The notes under the pieces: generated by a model | The model's database searches: none | Seen by the model: the letters and a program-made list of their open reading frames with translations, nothing else | What the model was told of the DNA's origin: nothing | Translations under genes and position numbers: made by a program | Shown here: positions 11,967 to 23,225 of the stretch, piece by piece | How positions within the stretch are numbered: position 1 is the stretch's first letter | Layout: each line of letters begins with the position of its first letter | Source of the DNA: Trypanosoma brucei | Taxonomy: Eukaryota | Assembly: GCA_000002445.1 (NCBI GenBank) | Contig: AE017150.2 | Coordinates: forward strand, 448,001 to 512,000 | Direction of reading: 5' to 3' | DNA length: 64,000 nucleotides

Positions 11967-12654
11967 TATTTTTCTTCCCCCCCTTTACGGCGGTTAAAGG
12001 GGGAAGAGCTAATGGCAAAAGGTAACGGGTCTACACAATTTGCCACAACTTCTCTTTTTATCACACCCTCAACAAAATAAGCGTTGGGGTGTGCGTGCGT
12101 GTGGCCTTGGACCCTCAACACCAACTTCTACTACTACTACTACTATTGTTCACTTTTTACAGCGATTGAGCACTTCCCAGGTGTAACAAAGCAAACTAAA
12201 TCTTTTAGTGGCTCGAAACGCTCCCTGTAAAACGGGGAGAATGTGTGTGGATACGTAGAGTTACAACGGTGCCGATATGGCGGCTAAGTTCGGATGAAAC
12301 AGGTGAATTCGGTTAAAAGTAAAGGAAAAGGAAAAGAAAAAAAACAGGGGGGAAAAAGAGCTCCAGGGTCGGTGGTGGGTATAAAGAACACAAAGAAATA
12401 TTAGCAAGGAACGTGGTTAAACCATCCCTCAACAACGCAGTGATGTGAAACCCGAAAAAGAGTAAGGTAGGGCAGAAATGCAAGTAAAAAGAGAGAGAAA
12501 AAGCATGAACCACCATACCATCCGTCAACCTCACAATGACAGCGCAACGTCAGAACGCGGCTAGTTCAAAGTGACCAAGGGAATGCTCACGCATAAACAA
12601 CAATAGCAGCAGAACACTGCACTTTTCCGCACGAGCAGTACGCACACGTGTATG

Positions 12655-12682
12655 TATGTATGTGTGTGTGTGTGTGTGTGTG
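12655..12682. repeat. (TG)n microsatellite
   Basis: A 'tgtgtgtgtgtgtgtgtgtgtg' run is visible in the intergenic region. Confidence 0.9.
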
Positions 12683-12800
12683 CCGTAAATCAGTGTACGA
12701 GACAAACATTCCCTTGCGGCATCCATTTCCTTCAATCGCTCCCAACAAAATATCACGATTCACGTGCTGTCGCATTGGGGCGCGTATTAAACGTGCGCTA

Positions 12801-15800
12801 CTACCACAATGAGCCCATCCACCCCTTCACTTTGCCATCGAAACGGTTCGACGATGTCGGCTTGGAGGGACTCCCAAGTGCACTACCAACCAGTGCTCCA
12901 GTGCCCCTTTGAAGGGATGTCGCGCTCAACCCACCAATAATACCACTATCGCCTCTCACGCCCACAGCGACGCTACTACTTTTGTTAAAAGCAAACACGG
13001 CCGTCTTGGTTACACCACCATCCACGATATCTGATCCCAATACCTTCGACGGTGTGAATATCAACGGCAGTAGAGGAAAACGGGGCTTCTCTTTTGTGAT
13101 GCTAATGTCGCCGGCAACAGTCCGCTCCCCTTTCAGGGATGTCCGGCTGTCACCAGTTCCCTTTGCAGTCCAAACTTCCTCCAGAGCTTTGGGGTTCCAT
13201 GAGCCAAAAGAGAGAGCCGTCACGCGAAGCAAGCGGTCGCTTGCTTGCAGAAGTAGCGGTGAAATGACTAACCAAGAAGTGGGGTTTACCCAACCTTCAA
13301 TTGTGCGGAGAACGGCGGTAATGGACGGCGTCGGTGCCCGACTGTTGCCGTCGATGGAGAATAAACCTGAAATGTATAATGAATCAAAATAAACTTGAAA
13401 CAGCAGTTCGTCGTTATCACCAGCACTATCGCCACTCTTACCGGCATTTCCGCTTCTATTTACCGCCGCTATCTCTCTTATCCACGGAAGAACCGCGTTA
13501 AGCAGTGCTGACGAGGTTCCGTCAAGTAACTCATTTATGACCATCGGCAGCACCGTGGCACGTAGACGCTTGTTGACACCATTCTTGAACAACATATGCT
13601 GTACCTGGAAAATAAGTTCATTCACATGCGGGGTGACATGTGTCGGGTGCTTAGTAACTTTCTGTGACTCACATTGTACCCCATCAGGTGTGCTGCAGCT
13701 CCAGCAAGTTGCGTACTCGAGCATGAGCTGTTGTCCGTTGATACAAGATGTCCTCTTGTTGGGATCGAGGGTTGTAGCAGAGGAGTTCAGCGGCGTCTTT
13801 GATCTCGCGAAGAGATGCTCGGGCGCGAAAGCGCGGCGGTAGGCATGACGCACACCATCCTCCCACTCGCTGCGTAACAATTTCACCCACGGCGTATGAC
13901 ATGTTACAATGGCCTCACGTAGTTCCATGGGGAGTGTGCTCGCTACATTTCGTGGGGCTGCAACTTCCAGCACCTGCAACAGCACCTCCACCAGCATGGA
14001 AATGCGGTTGAGTGCTGCCATCACCGTCACCTTCGCCTCAAAGCAGTTGCCTTCCACATTCAGCTCCTCCCACTTCTGAAGTTGCCCCGTGTGGTGCTTT
14101 AACAGCTTACGCACCTGTTGCAGGATATTTGTAAACCACTCCCCTACGAGAACAGAGAGTGTGGGGTGCGAGTCAGACCAGGTTCGCTCCACCTCAAAGA
14201 TACGTTGCAACATGGAATACAGCGAGCCGAACTTCAGAGCAGCCGAGGAATCATCATCGACAGCATCGGTGACGCCCTTTTCTGATTTGTCACTTGCTTT
14301 CTCCATAGCCACTGTCCTTTCCTCCTCTCCTTCATCAACGGAGAACAAATTATCATCACTTCCTGCATCTGTCTCCACGGTTTGCATCACCCATCCACCC
14401 TTGTCTTTATTTACGTTCCCACCGGATGCCCGACAGCCCGCCTTAGAGCTAAGATTGGCCGGCAATCTTCCCTCCTTTGGGGTTGTTTTCGATTTTATTG
14501 CAGTGCACTGCATAATACCCCGAGCCAACGCGGCATTCAAATTCTCGCCCTTCTCCGCTGAAGCCACATTTCGTTTATTTTCATCGCCACCCCCAAAAGA
14601 GGAGCACGGGACCATGCACGTCATTTGGTCGGTGTGAAGCAGCCCAAAGGATGTACTTTCGCTGAAGAAGATGGACCGCTGAAGGACTTTCTGGGCAAAT
14701 GTTGTCACGCTGGGCGGTCCCTCTTGTTTCTGCTGTTGGGGTGGCTGCTCTTCGGCGGAGGCGACAACGGTGCTTTTATATCCTTTCCCCTCACTTATAT
14801 GCTTCAGTATAGCGCCGCAAACTCTATCTGCCCTCTTCAATGCCGCTCCAACAGTCTTCAGGAGTGCAGACTCCGTCGCCTGACGAACCGCTTCCCCCCA
14901 CTTGCGTGCGTCAAACAAGTTAACAGCAGCACCCCCAGAAACAGTTAAGTTACTTCCCTCCTGCGCAGATGAGAGCAACATATCCTGAAGCATTTTCCCC
15001 TGCTGGCGAGCAAGGTGCTGTTGAAGTGAAATCGTGCGCGGGTCGTTTAGCAGCCCGGCACCAGACACATGCAACAGCAACTGGAGCGCCAGCTCCTGTA
15101 CAGCTCGCAGTTGGTGTCCCACCTTGCTAAAAACCGCTGTCTCATCACCGCTAACCCCGCTGCACTTCGCAATCTTTTCATTTGAAGAGAAGGAAGAGAA
15201 TCCCCACTGCAATGGAAGAGGATCCAAGATCTGCATCCCGCAAACCTGCCGCATCACTTCGCAGAGATATAGTGTTCGGTGTCGAGACCGTCGCTCACCG
15301 TCTTGGTTCAATCCCACCATGGAAGAAGAGGCATCCAGTGACCCACATTTGGAATCCCCATCCTTTTTCTCACTATCATCTGTTGCCGAGGCAATTGACC
15401 CGCCGCGTTGCGACGCTGAAAGCGCTTCCCGCGCGAGACTCCCACTCATCCTAACAGACTTAGCGCGTCCTGTTCCGGAGGTCTCGTTATCTCCCTCTGT
15501 GTTTGACTCCTGGGAAGTAAGCTTTGAACGAAGCGCAAGAAGCCCCTGCAGTGCGTATCGCCGCCGCTGAGAATCCACGTAGGCGTCCAACTCCCCCGCA
15601 GAAACCTCGTCAGGTTGCTCTCCACCACGGGAACCGTTCGTTCCCCTTCCTTCCCTCGCTGGACCACTCGGTGAGTACAGCACAGAAGCAACGTATAGGA
15701 CAAGATGGGAGAAGAGGTGTTGTGCGCGCTGTACGATGTGCAGTGCCACGGTAGCTTCGCTTACGACCAACCGTGCGTTGACCCTTGCTTCAGTGCTGCT

Positions 15801-17000
15801 GTTTGCATCCTTCGCCAAAGCGGGGACCCTTGGGGCACTTGTTCCCTCGCTTCTTAAGTAAGGCGGAAGCTCCAGGGCTGCCCGCAGCCACTCCATTCTG
15901 CGAAGTGGGCGTAAACTTCTTCCATCGTCAGTGTTAGTGTCTACAGCCGCTGCCTGCGTAAATGACGTTCCCTTCAGTGCAGCCACGACGTGGTCAAGGT
16001 CAGTCTTAATCATATCGTGAATCGTATCGATAAGGAGTAACAGTGCGTCATTCACTGTTGCGTGCGAAAGCACTCCTAAGGCTTTGTGGACCTCCGTCAT
16101 GTGAGCCAGTGCTCGTGATAAATCACTTTTCCAACCTGTTGCCCTACCCATGAATTCAACACCACCTGATGATGTAAACATGTTTGTGGACGATGTCAAG
16201 GATAAGTCCCCACCACCGCTATCATTTCGATTGGCGTTAGCCACACTCAAAGCGCTTTGTGCGGCCTGTTCTGCATCTTCCCGAAGCAGCCCACGCACTG
16301 CACGTTTGAGACGATGTTCATAGGACTCAACAGCCAGCTTTTCATGAGGCTGTTTCCGTTCCCTTCTTATCTGCAAGAGCAGCGCAGCGGCGTCATAAAG
16401 CTTACGGGCACCCAACAATCCCTCCAGAGCCGCGCACTGCTGAGTGTAAATTAACACGTCTCGTTGTCTATCATCTGCCCCCTCACGCCCCCCTCTTGGC
16501 GTTTCTTCACACACACCCTTCAAAGTCGCGGTTGCCTCATGAGGCAACGGGGACCTCACCACCTCGGAAACCGGTGGCGAAGCACTGCTTGAGTGTCCCA
16601 TATGTCGACTCGTTTGAGTTTTCCCTTCTCCCACATTCTTCGCGCGCGGACTTTTACCTCCATGGGGGGATATGGTCCGCAAAACGGGTGACGAGACCCC
16701 CCTTGGGCTCTGCGGCATTGTCAGACGCGACTGTGAATATTGATTCTCCAACTGTTGCTGTTTTTTCTCCTCCTGCATTTGCTTTTGCAGACGCAGCAAC
16801 TTCCTGCATGCCTGTTCTACGACGACCACCTGGTCACAAGCGGCAACGAGGCCCCGGTAGCTTTGGCCGACAAGTTGTTTGAGTCTCTCATCACTTTCTT
16901 GAATGCCTGGTGTTATACGGCTCAGGTAGTCGCGGGCCTGATCCACGCTATTGTTGGTGAAAATGCGTCGCACTTCCTGAATGGCTTCCTCCGATGACAT
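12801..17000 (-). CDS. Large COG1/Vps51-family-like protein (putative conserved oligomeric Golgi complex subunit)
   Basis: The ORF-track start at 17081 is a TTG (plus 'caa'). The first ATG is at 16998-17000, giving 'MSSEEAIQEVRRIFTNNSVDQARDYL...ERLKQLVGQSYRGLVAACDQVV'. This resembles the N-terminal COG1/Vps51 motif (IF..............R..VG..YRDLI.AAD.I). The remaining ~1370 aa are helical and low-complexity. Confidence 0.5.
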   Translation of the reverse strand: MSSEEAIQEVRRIFTNNSVDQARDYLSRITPGIQESDERLKQLVGQSYRGLVAACDQVVVVEQACRKLLRLQKQMQEEKKQQQLENQYSQSRLTMPQSPRGVSSPVLRTISPHGGKSPRAKNVGEGKTQTSRHMGHSSSASPPVSEVVRSPLPHEATATLKGVCEETPRGGREGADDRQRDVLIYTQQCAALEGLLGARKLYDAAALLLQIRRERKQPHEKLAVESYEHRLKRAVRGLLREDAEQAAQSALSVANANRNDSGGGDLSLTSSTNMFTSSGGVEFMGRATGWKSDLSRALAHMTEVHKALGVLSHATVNDALLLLIDTIHDMIKTDLDHVVAALKGTSFTQAAAVDTNTDDGRSLRPLRRMEWLRAALELPPYLRSEGTSAPRVPALAKDANSSTEARVNARLVVSEATVALHIVQRAQHLFSHLVLYVASVLYSPSGPAREGRGTNGSRGGEQPDEVSAGELDAYVDSQRRRYALQGLLALRSKLTSQESNTEGDNETSGTGRAKSVRMSGSLAREALSASQRGGSIASATDDSEKKDGDSKCGSLDASSSMVGLNQDGERRSRHRTLYLCEVMRQVCGMQILDPLPLQWGFSSFSSNEKIAKCSGVSGDETAVFSKVGHQLRAVQELALQLLLHVSGAGLLNDPRTISLQQHLARQQGKMLQDMLLSSAQEGSNLTVSGGAAVNLFDARKWGEAVRQATESALLKTVGAALKRADRVCGAILKHISEGKGYKSTVVASAEEQPPQQQKQEGPPSVTTFAQKVLQRSIFFSESTSFGLLHTDQMTCMVPCSSFGGGDENKRNVASAEKGENLNAALARGIMQCTAIKSKTTPKEGRLPANLSSKAGCRASGGNVNKDKGGWVMQTVETDAGSDDNLFSVDEGEEERTVAMEKASDKSEKGVTDAVDDDSSAALKFGSLYSMLQRIFEVERTWSDSHPTLSVLVGEWFTNILQQVRKLLKHHTGQLQKWEELNVEGNCFEAKVTVMAALNRISMLVEVLLQVLEVAAPRNVASTLPMELREAIVTCHTPWVKLLRSEWEDGVRHAYRRAFAPEHLFARSKTPLNSSATTLDPNKRTSCINGQQLMLEYATCWSCSTPDGVQCESQKVTKHPTHVTPHVNELIFQVQHMLFKNGVNKRLRATVLPMVINELLDGTSSALLNAVLPWIREIAAVNRSGNAGKSGDSAGDNDELLFQVYFDSLYISGLFSIDGNSRAPTPSITAVLRTIEGWVNPTSWLVISPLLLQASDRLLRVTALSFGSWNPKALEEVWTAKGTGDSRTSLKGERTVAGDISITKEKPRFPLLPLIFTPSKVLGSDIVDGGVTKTAVFAFNKSSSVAVGVRGDSGIIGGLSATSLQRGTGALVGSALGSPSKPTSSNRFDGKVKGWMGSLW

Positions 17001-17829
17001 GGCGTGCCGAAAAGCGTGTTGAAAATTTCCTAAGCAACGTTCCCTACGGTTGTCTTGCCTCTTGCGTACTGTTCTTTTCAAACAAAAGAGAAGGACGGCG
17101 CCAGCGAAATATGGCCGATGGTGGAGTATTCCCTCGTTTTCTTCCCTTTTAAACTTGTTGATTTAACTCCCTTTTCTCCCGCAGCACCCGGTACGGGGAC
17201 TATCAGCGACTGTGTTCCTTTGGTCCCCTGCACGGTGTAAGGCCTCCTCTCAGCACTCCCGTTGCAAATCAGAAGCGAAAAGAGGTATGAAGAGGGTTGC
17301 AGTAAGTGATAATAAAGGAATAAGACAGCTAACACGTAAACGGAAGCACGTAGGGGAAGGGAGGAGGTGGGGGAATGAAATCGATGCACGGGTTCCATTT
17401 CGATAGAATTGCGAGAGGAAGTGTTATAGGGTAAAGAAAACAGGCTCTCTTTCAGAGAAAATGCCTGCAAAGGCCACTACGTGTAAAACATGAGAGCGGT
17501 GGAAAAACATTAAAAAAAAATCTTTGACGCAACAGCTGGACTTTTGGTTGCGCTATAAAATATCATACAACCGTGCTGACACCAGCTGGCACGAAGAAAT
17601 AATAGAGTATATGGAAACAAAGGAAGAAGAACCTGGCATGAGCACACACATGCACACGCATAGACACAGAATAGTACTTAAAAACAATAGAAGTATGGTT
17701 AAACAATGAGTGTATGCTTTTATAACTTCTATGCCTTGCGTGACCAGCATTGGTTTGCTAAGCATAAAAAAGAAATGGCATAGTTATCGACAATAAAAAC
17801 ACCACATATCTATATTCATCGTTACGCAG

Positions 17830-20454
17830 CTACAATCCACTGCACACTTCTCCACAGTGGTACCATTTCCAAGGGCTTTTGGCATTCTTTTGCACACAGC
17901 CGAAATCATCTTCTTGAGTGCATATCATTCTGCCACTGCGACTTGAGCGCAACCCAACATGCTGAAGAAACGACTCGCGAGAGCGGCGGGATCCGAGTCC
18001 ATATTTCTCCACGTGTTTAAGCGCCGCTTCCCCGTCACTTCTCAACCCCCGCGCAGCGTTGGATTGGCCAAATAGCACAAAGTTCAAGCGCACCAAACCC
18101 CGCAATCGCGCATCCCTCACTTTAGAGGACATGTTTGCGACTTTGTTATTACCGCTTGTTCCATTCCCGGCACCTTTTGCGTGGACGACAGCTGCAAAAG
18201 CAATGGGCTCAGTCGGGGCGTAAAAATCCCAGCCGTGCGTCCACAACCGCCCCGCAAGTAAAACGGCCTCTTCATCTGGTGTCAGGAAACCCATGTACGG
18301 GTCCAGTGGAACGTGATTCCCAGCATTGCCACTGCTACTATTATTGTGGCTATTTTGGTGGTCTGCTGCGTCATGCGAGAAATCAAAGAAGGCACCTGCG
18401 CGAGTGAAAAGGAAATCTGTGCTTAACCACGGTTGCGAAAGTGACGAAGGAAAGCTTTCCTGTCGCCTGCTTCCAAGGCACACCGCATCATTCTTCTCAT
18501 TACACCAATGGATGGGTAGAGGCTCCATATACCGCCGATCGCGCAGGACATATGTGAGGCGGCGCCTGGACTCATATCTCAATTTGAATTTTGCTCCCTC
18601 TCCCCCCGACACAGTGGCGCTAACGTCCTCCCCATTTTCCACGTTGCCACAACCACTGCTGCCGCCGTCGCTTTTCGCATCGCACACTTTCCGGCAACCT
18701 TCTTCGCTGTGCTGCATCTTTACTGCCACACCACATACGTAGGAGGTGGTGTTTTGTTCACTCATACTTGTCAGCAGTTTCTTACGAAGTGGTTCACGCA
18801 ATTTCTTCATCCAATACAATTGGGCACTATTTGGCATCCGGGTTCTCACATTTGGGATCGAGGCTCCGTTTCGCGGGTAGTTGAGAGGTTCTGCTCCAGA
18901 GGTTGCTTCACCGCCATCTTCCTCTGTGGGAAGTCGGAAAAGGAACTCCACAACATCTTCACTCCCGAATCCTCTGGCGCCTTCCGCAGCACTTTCGCCG
19001 TTTCCATCCCCCTTCTCTTTGTCCTCCATTCCATCGGAACTGTGTAAACGCAGTCCTTCAAGATCGTACAGAGCAGATCCACTCCTTTTCTTTGAAGGAT
19101 TTCTCTCGTGAGCTACGTTGAAGTAATCTTCCGTCCCTCCCCTTTCCTTTCCACGTTGGTCATCACGGAATTGTTGATCCCCATGATCCTTAACCCCTTC
19201 ATGTCTGTGACCTTCATTGCTTACGTGGCGGACCACAACTTCTTCCCATGCGCGATGCACCACATCTCGCTGTATGATGTTTGCCATCTGCGAGAGTATA
19301 GGCCGTCGTGACGGGAGCCTTAGTAGCATGAGCCGCGCTGTCACATCCCATGAGGGCACTAACAACACGCCTGCATTAAGAAACATCACGTATGTTTCGC
19401 CGCGATACAGGGCGAGCGTTGCATACCGCTGGGAGGCAATGGAGGTAAAGTCACTGAGCCCTCCACTTGCATCACTCCCACTTGAAGCATCCCCATCCCT
19501 GTAACCAGCATGCTCGTAGTCGTCCTCAGCTCTTCGACTGCGTGGATTTTCTTTTTTTTCACTCACCTTGACGTTACCTTCGCCTCCACCCATATTGCTT
19601 CCTTTGCTGTGCCTTCGTGACTTAGCCGACACACGCAGTTGCCGCAGCCGTATGTTGTCCCGTGGACAGAATCCATACCGTTCGGCGCACGTGTGAGACT
19701 GATAAGCAACAGGAATACATGGAGACGATGGTGGGAAAGGCCACCGGGACGAGTTGTGACCTCCGCGCCCACCCGATTCCTCAGCCGTCATTACGTCGGG
19801 GAGGAACTCAACGATACCGGTGAAAATAGCAACTGACCAAAGTGCCGATTCATATAAGTTGTGAACTGTCATAGCACACACACTCTCTAGAGAAACAGAC
19901 CTTCTCATACGAACCAGTGGCGTTTCATGGTGCAGAAGACCAACGAAGATACTACCCTCGAGCCCGTAGCCGCGGCGTGCGACATGAGTTGGACTCCAGT
20001 ACGTGTCGGAATGTGTGACATTCTTTATGGAGCCATTGTCCAACCTCTTTTCTAACTCATTGTTGAACTTAGGAAGCTGCGTTTCATAGTATTCCAGCAA
20101 AATGGCCGCGGGCGTTGCATTCGGGGGCAAACCAAACATATCCGTGGCTCCTCCAGCTGCCGCTACTGATGCAGGCATTCCATCAGTTTCCTGGTCCACG
20201 AATGCCGTCAATACTGACAGAAGTTTCGTGGTAAATGAAAAAACCGCTGGCGAGGCCCGCAAGTTTCCGACCCCTGGCAAACCACCCCGAACAGCATGGC
20301 TTCCTTCACCAATGTGGCCACCTCTCATTCTGTTTTTACGCTCGCGCGACATATTATTCCATAACAAGAAGGTAACCATGACTAAGGCTGGGAGCACCAT
20401 ATACATCGGGACGGTTATGCAACGCCGGCCCCGACGCCGTGTTTCTGAGCGCAT
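17830..20454 (-). CDS. Type II membrane GT-A-like glycosyltransferase family protein, paralog A, lacking the DxH motif; I recall this family as GT60-like (Skp1/polypeptide GlcNAc-transferase), but that is memory only
   Basis: The ORF-track start at 20505 is GTG (plus 'cac'). The first ATG at 20452-20454 gives 'MRSETRRRGRRCITVPMYMVLPALVMVTFLLWNN', a basic tail followed by a TM helix. It shares blocks with the ORF at 23226-25475 ('YRGETYVMFLNAGVLLVPSWD' vs 'YRGEDYVLILDSHTRFVYGWD'; 'LWTHGWDFYAPTEP' vs 'LWTHGYDIHSPNRT'). Confidence 0.6.
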   Translation of the reverse strand: MRSETRRRGRRCITVPMYMVLPALVMVTFLLWNNMSRERKNRMRGGHIGEGSHAVRGGLPGVGNLRASPAVFSFTTKLLSVLTAFVDQETDGMPASVAAAGGATDMFGLPPNATPAAILLEYYETQLPKFNNELEKRLDNGSIKNVTHSDTYWSPTHVARRGYGLEGSIFVGLLHHETPLVRMRRSVSLESVCAMTVHNLYESALWSVAIFTGIVEFLPDVMTAEESGGRGGHNSSRWPFPPSSPCIPVAYQSHTCAERYGFCPRDNIRLRQLRVSAKSRRHSKGSNMGGGEGNVKVSEKKENPRSRRAEDDYEHAGYRDGDASSGSDASGGLSDFTSIASQRYATLALYRGETYVMFLNAGVLLVPSWDVTARLMLLRLPSRRPILSQMANIIQRDVVHRAWEEVVVRHVSNEGHRHEGVKDHGDQQFRDDQRGKERGGTEDYFNVAHERNPSKKRSGSALYDLEGLRLHSSDGMEDKEKGDGNGESAAEGARGFGSEDVVEFLFRLPTEEDGGEATSGAEPLNYPRNGASIPNVRTRMPNSAQLYWMKKLREPLRKKLLTSMSEQNTTSYVCGVAVKMQHSEEGCRKVCDAKSDGGSSGCGNVENGEDVSATVSGGEGAKFKLRYESRRRLTYVLRDRRYMEPLPIHWCNEKNDAVCLGSRRQESFPSSLSQPWLSTDFLFTRAGAFFDFSHDAADHQNSHNNSSSGNAGNHVPLDPYMGFLTPDEEAVLLAGRLWTHGWDFYAPTEPIAFAAVVHAKGAGNGTSGNNKVANMSSKVRDARLRGLVRLNFVLFGQSNAARGLRSDGEAALKHVEKYGLGSRRSRESFLQHVGLRSSRSGRMICTQEDDFGCVQKNAKSPWKWYHCGEVCSGL

Positions 20455-21405
20455 GGGTTCGGCTACACTGTTTGAGGCGCTGCGAATTTTTGTGACGCGC
20501 TCCACCGAGCTTACGTCTCGGATTCTCGAGAACCCTTTCTTGCTATGCGCGCGCAGATCCTAGAACTAGGTAAATGAAATGGAAAATAATAATAATAATA
20601 ATAAAAAACGGGAGAAGAAGGTACGACCAAAGGAACAAGAAGGTAAGGAAAGTAAATGGAAAGCCGTTCGGCCGCAAAACAAGCCTAACACAATTTGGAG
20701 GCAGGAAATGATGAAATGCACAAGAAACAGTAGAAGTAAGTGCATCTGGGAGTTATAAATTGGATCATGACGACTTTTCTTTCTTTTCTACCATCTTACA
20801 GATACATGGGAAACACTATCCTAGAGCAGACGTAAAGCCTCGGCGTGTTGGCTCATCTACCCTAAGAACTCTTCATTTCCCCTCTCTCTGTTCCGTGTGC
20901 ACTTCGCCCCATGTCTTTAAAATCAGGAGAGGATCTGGGCTAGTTCCACGGCATTCATTTCCTTCCCTTTTCGTTATCCTCACTTCGTTCGGCGCATATG
21001 CACCTTCTTGACATTCTTCACTAACTATCGGCGCCTCTCCTAAACCACATCACCCTCACAAATGGAAGGAATGCACAACTCACCCTTCAATGCTTTCTAT
21101 CCGGCAACTCAAATTGTGTTTCGCCCCCCCAAATCGGTAAAAGGAAGAAAAGAGTTGGCTCAAACACTCACAAGAAGGAAAGAAAAAAAAGGCGATGATT
21201 AGAATCCTCTCCCCACTCAAAGACTTAACCACGCAAAACGGGGGGAACCGGTCAGGAGGACATAACAAAGAAGTCCACACAGTCAAGGGGAAAAGTGCAA
21301 GGAGAGAGAAAGAGAGCAGCGCATGAAGGTCGGGGAGGGCCGGGCCGCTTCCACACTGAAAGTCGACACGTGACGAATCGGGCGAAAAGCAAAAAAGTAC
21401 CGGAA

Positions 21406-21891
21406 CTATCGACGGCCACCCTTACGCTTTTTATTGCCGCCACCATGCTGCTGCTGCTGCTGCTGCTTCTGCGAGGTATTGCCTTTACCACCACCACTTT
21501 CTGCCGACTTCCCTCCAGATTTGTTGCCACCAGCAGGGACCGTACCATCAGTTTCCTTTCCAGAGGACTTCTGCCGTGGAGATGCGGCATTTATGTTAGG
21601 AACCCCCGTTCCTCCTCCTCCTCCTCCGGTGGCCGCTGAAGGCGGTGGGGCTGTGAGGGAGACGGTGCAGCGGGAGACGAAGTCATGGACGATTTCCTCC
21701 ACAATTTTGAGCTCCCCCTGATTTTTCACACGTGTTGTGAGGGTTGTGCGACCATCGGTGGACTTCAAAACAAACGTCTTGCGTCCGCTCGAAGGCCGCA
21801 CACGCAACATCAAACGCGACTTCTTCACGCCGCTCAGCTCAACCATACGGCGTGTAGCCTTGGCGAAGTCCTTCAGCGGCAGATTAACCAT
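21406..21891 (-). CDS. SRP14: Signal recognition particle 14 kDa protein (SRP14) homolog with polyQ/Gly-rich basic tail
   Basis: 'MVNLPLKDFAKATRRMVELSGVKKSRLMLRV...LKSTDGRTTLTTRVKNQGELKIVEEIV' aligns with SRP14 (MVLLESEQFLTELTRLF...LRATDGKKKISTVVSSKEVNKF). The ORF-track start is GTG. An upstream in-frame ATG (21922-21924) lies before the first AG after the polyY tract, so ATG 21889-21891 is favoured. A (CTG/CAG)n run at 21441-21470 encodes QQQQQQ. Confidence 0.6.
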   Translation of the reverse strand: MVNLPLKDFAKATRRMVELSGVKKSRLMLRVRPSSGRKTFVLKSTDGRTTLTTRVKNQGELKIVEEIVHDFVSRCTVSLTAPPPSAATGGGGGGTGVPNINAASPRQKSSGKETDGTVPAGGNKSGGKSAESGGGKGNTSQKQQQQQQHGGGNKKRKGGRR

Positions 21892-21931
21892 TTCCCCTTC
21901 CCGTGGTTGACTCTTCACCACCATCCAATCC

Positions 21932-21978
21932 AAAAAAAAAGAGAAAAAAGAAAAGGAGATAAAGGAGATAAAGAAAAG
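21932..21978 (-). promoter_or_regulatory. Polypyrimidine tract and candidate SL trans-splice acceptor region upstream of SRP14
   Basis: Plus 'aaaaaaaaagagaaaaaagaaaaggagataaaggagataaagaaaag' is a C/T-only run on the transcribed strand. The first downstream AGs lie at about 21905-21915. Confidence 0.4.
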
Positions 21979-23225
21979 TTGTAAGTGGTAAACGTCAAGG
22001 GCAGAAGCAGTCAGCGAATGTGAAAACGTGGTGTCAATCGTACACACAGCGCATCTTCTTTCCACTTTTTTCCTCTACTCACAGGTCACTCTCGAAATTT
22101 CCCTCCCCCAAACGTCCCGGGTACGCACAAAACGTGATACGGTGTAAAGCATGTGGGATCAGATTGTTCGCGAAATCGTGTTTGCATTTAAATACACACA
22201 CACACATATAAATATAAATATAAATATATATATATACAAGCATATATATTCGTTCGCAAAGTGTGCGTGCGCGTGTGGAAACTCCTTGTTGCTGAGGCCC
22301 TCGTGTGTCTGCCCAGTATAACTTCTGTAACCATTCAAATGAAAAGGAGGTGCACGAAATGACTATGGGTGACGGTGCGAAGACAGGTATCCGGCAACTG
22401 TTGTTGTGATTTTGCTGAGGCAGCAAAGTTTCCCGGTTCCATCCCTTTCATTCACCGGACTACTATTGCAGTAGGATAAAATATACAGTCAACTTCATAG
22501 CGTCCCACGCCAAGTAAATGAAATGATGAGGTGAAGGCCAGCGACTTCACAATGAGGCATAGACGACTGATTGTAGGAGAATACGAATAACAGCACAGCG
22601 GCTATTAAATATAAAAGGGAATAACTTTTTTTTTTTGAATTTGGGGGATAAATATAACACAATAAAACGCTTTTCAACACACCGACAAACTGCACCCAAA
22701 TGCAAGCATGCATACGGTACGAAGAGAGGGTTTCCATCTCGACTGGACTCCTGACCCGTTGTGCTAACGGTTTTCAATCCTTTTCGCCTCTTTTATTCAT
22801 TCATTCATTCGTCTCCTCTCCGATGCCTGTGTTTAGGATGAGTTACGCGGCACTCCTGCGTGTCAATAGGACGAACTGGAGCTGCAACACAAATTATGGG
22901 ATCAATGGCCACCGCAATGATTAAAAGGGGGACGAAGGCAAAGCAAAACAAAACAACAAAACGAGCTGCAAGAAGAAATAAACGCCGCAAACAAGTTCAA
23001 ACAATGTCCCTCAAACTTGTCTTCACCTTCACAACGGTTGTGGACAACTTTGTGTTCGAGCAAAGTGACAGGGAGCGAGCAGCTTCAAAAGTTAAAAAGA
23101 AAAAACTAAACTAATGGGTTTAGGAAAGTTGCACACAAAGGTAAAGTTCGATAAGCGTAAAATGGCGTAAACGATGAACAATGAAGCGTAGAGATGGAGG
23201 AGGAGTCCACCCTAATGGGACCACA

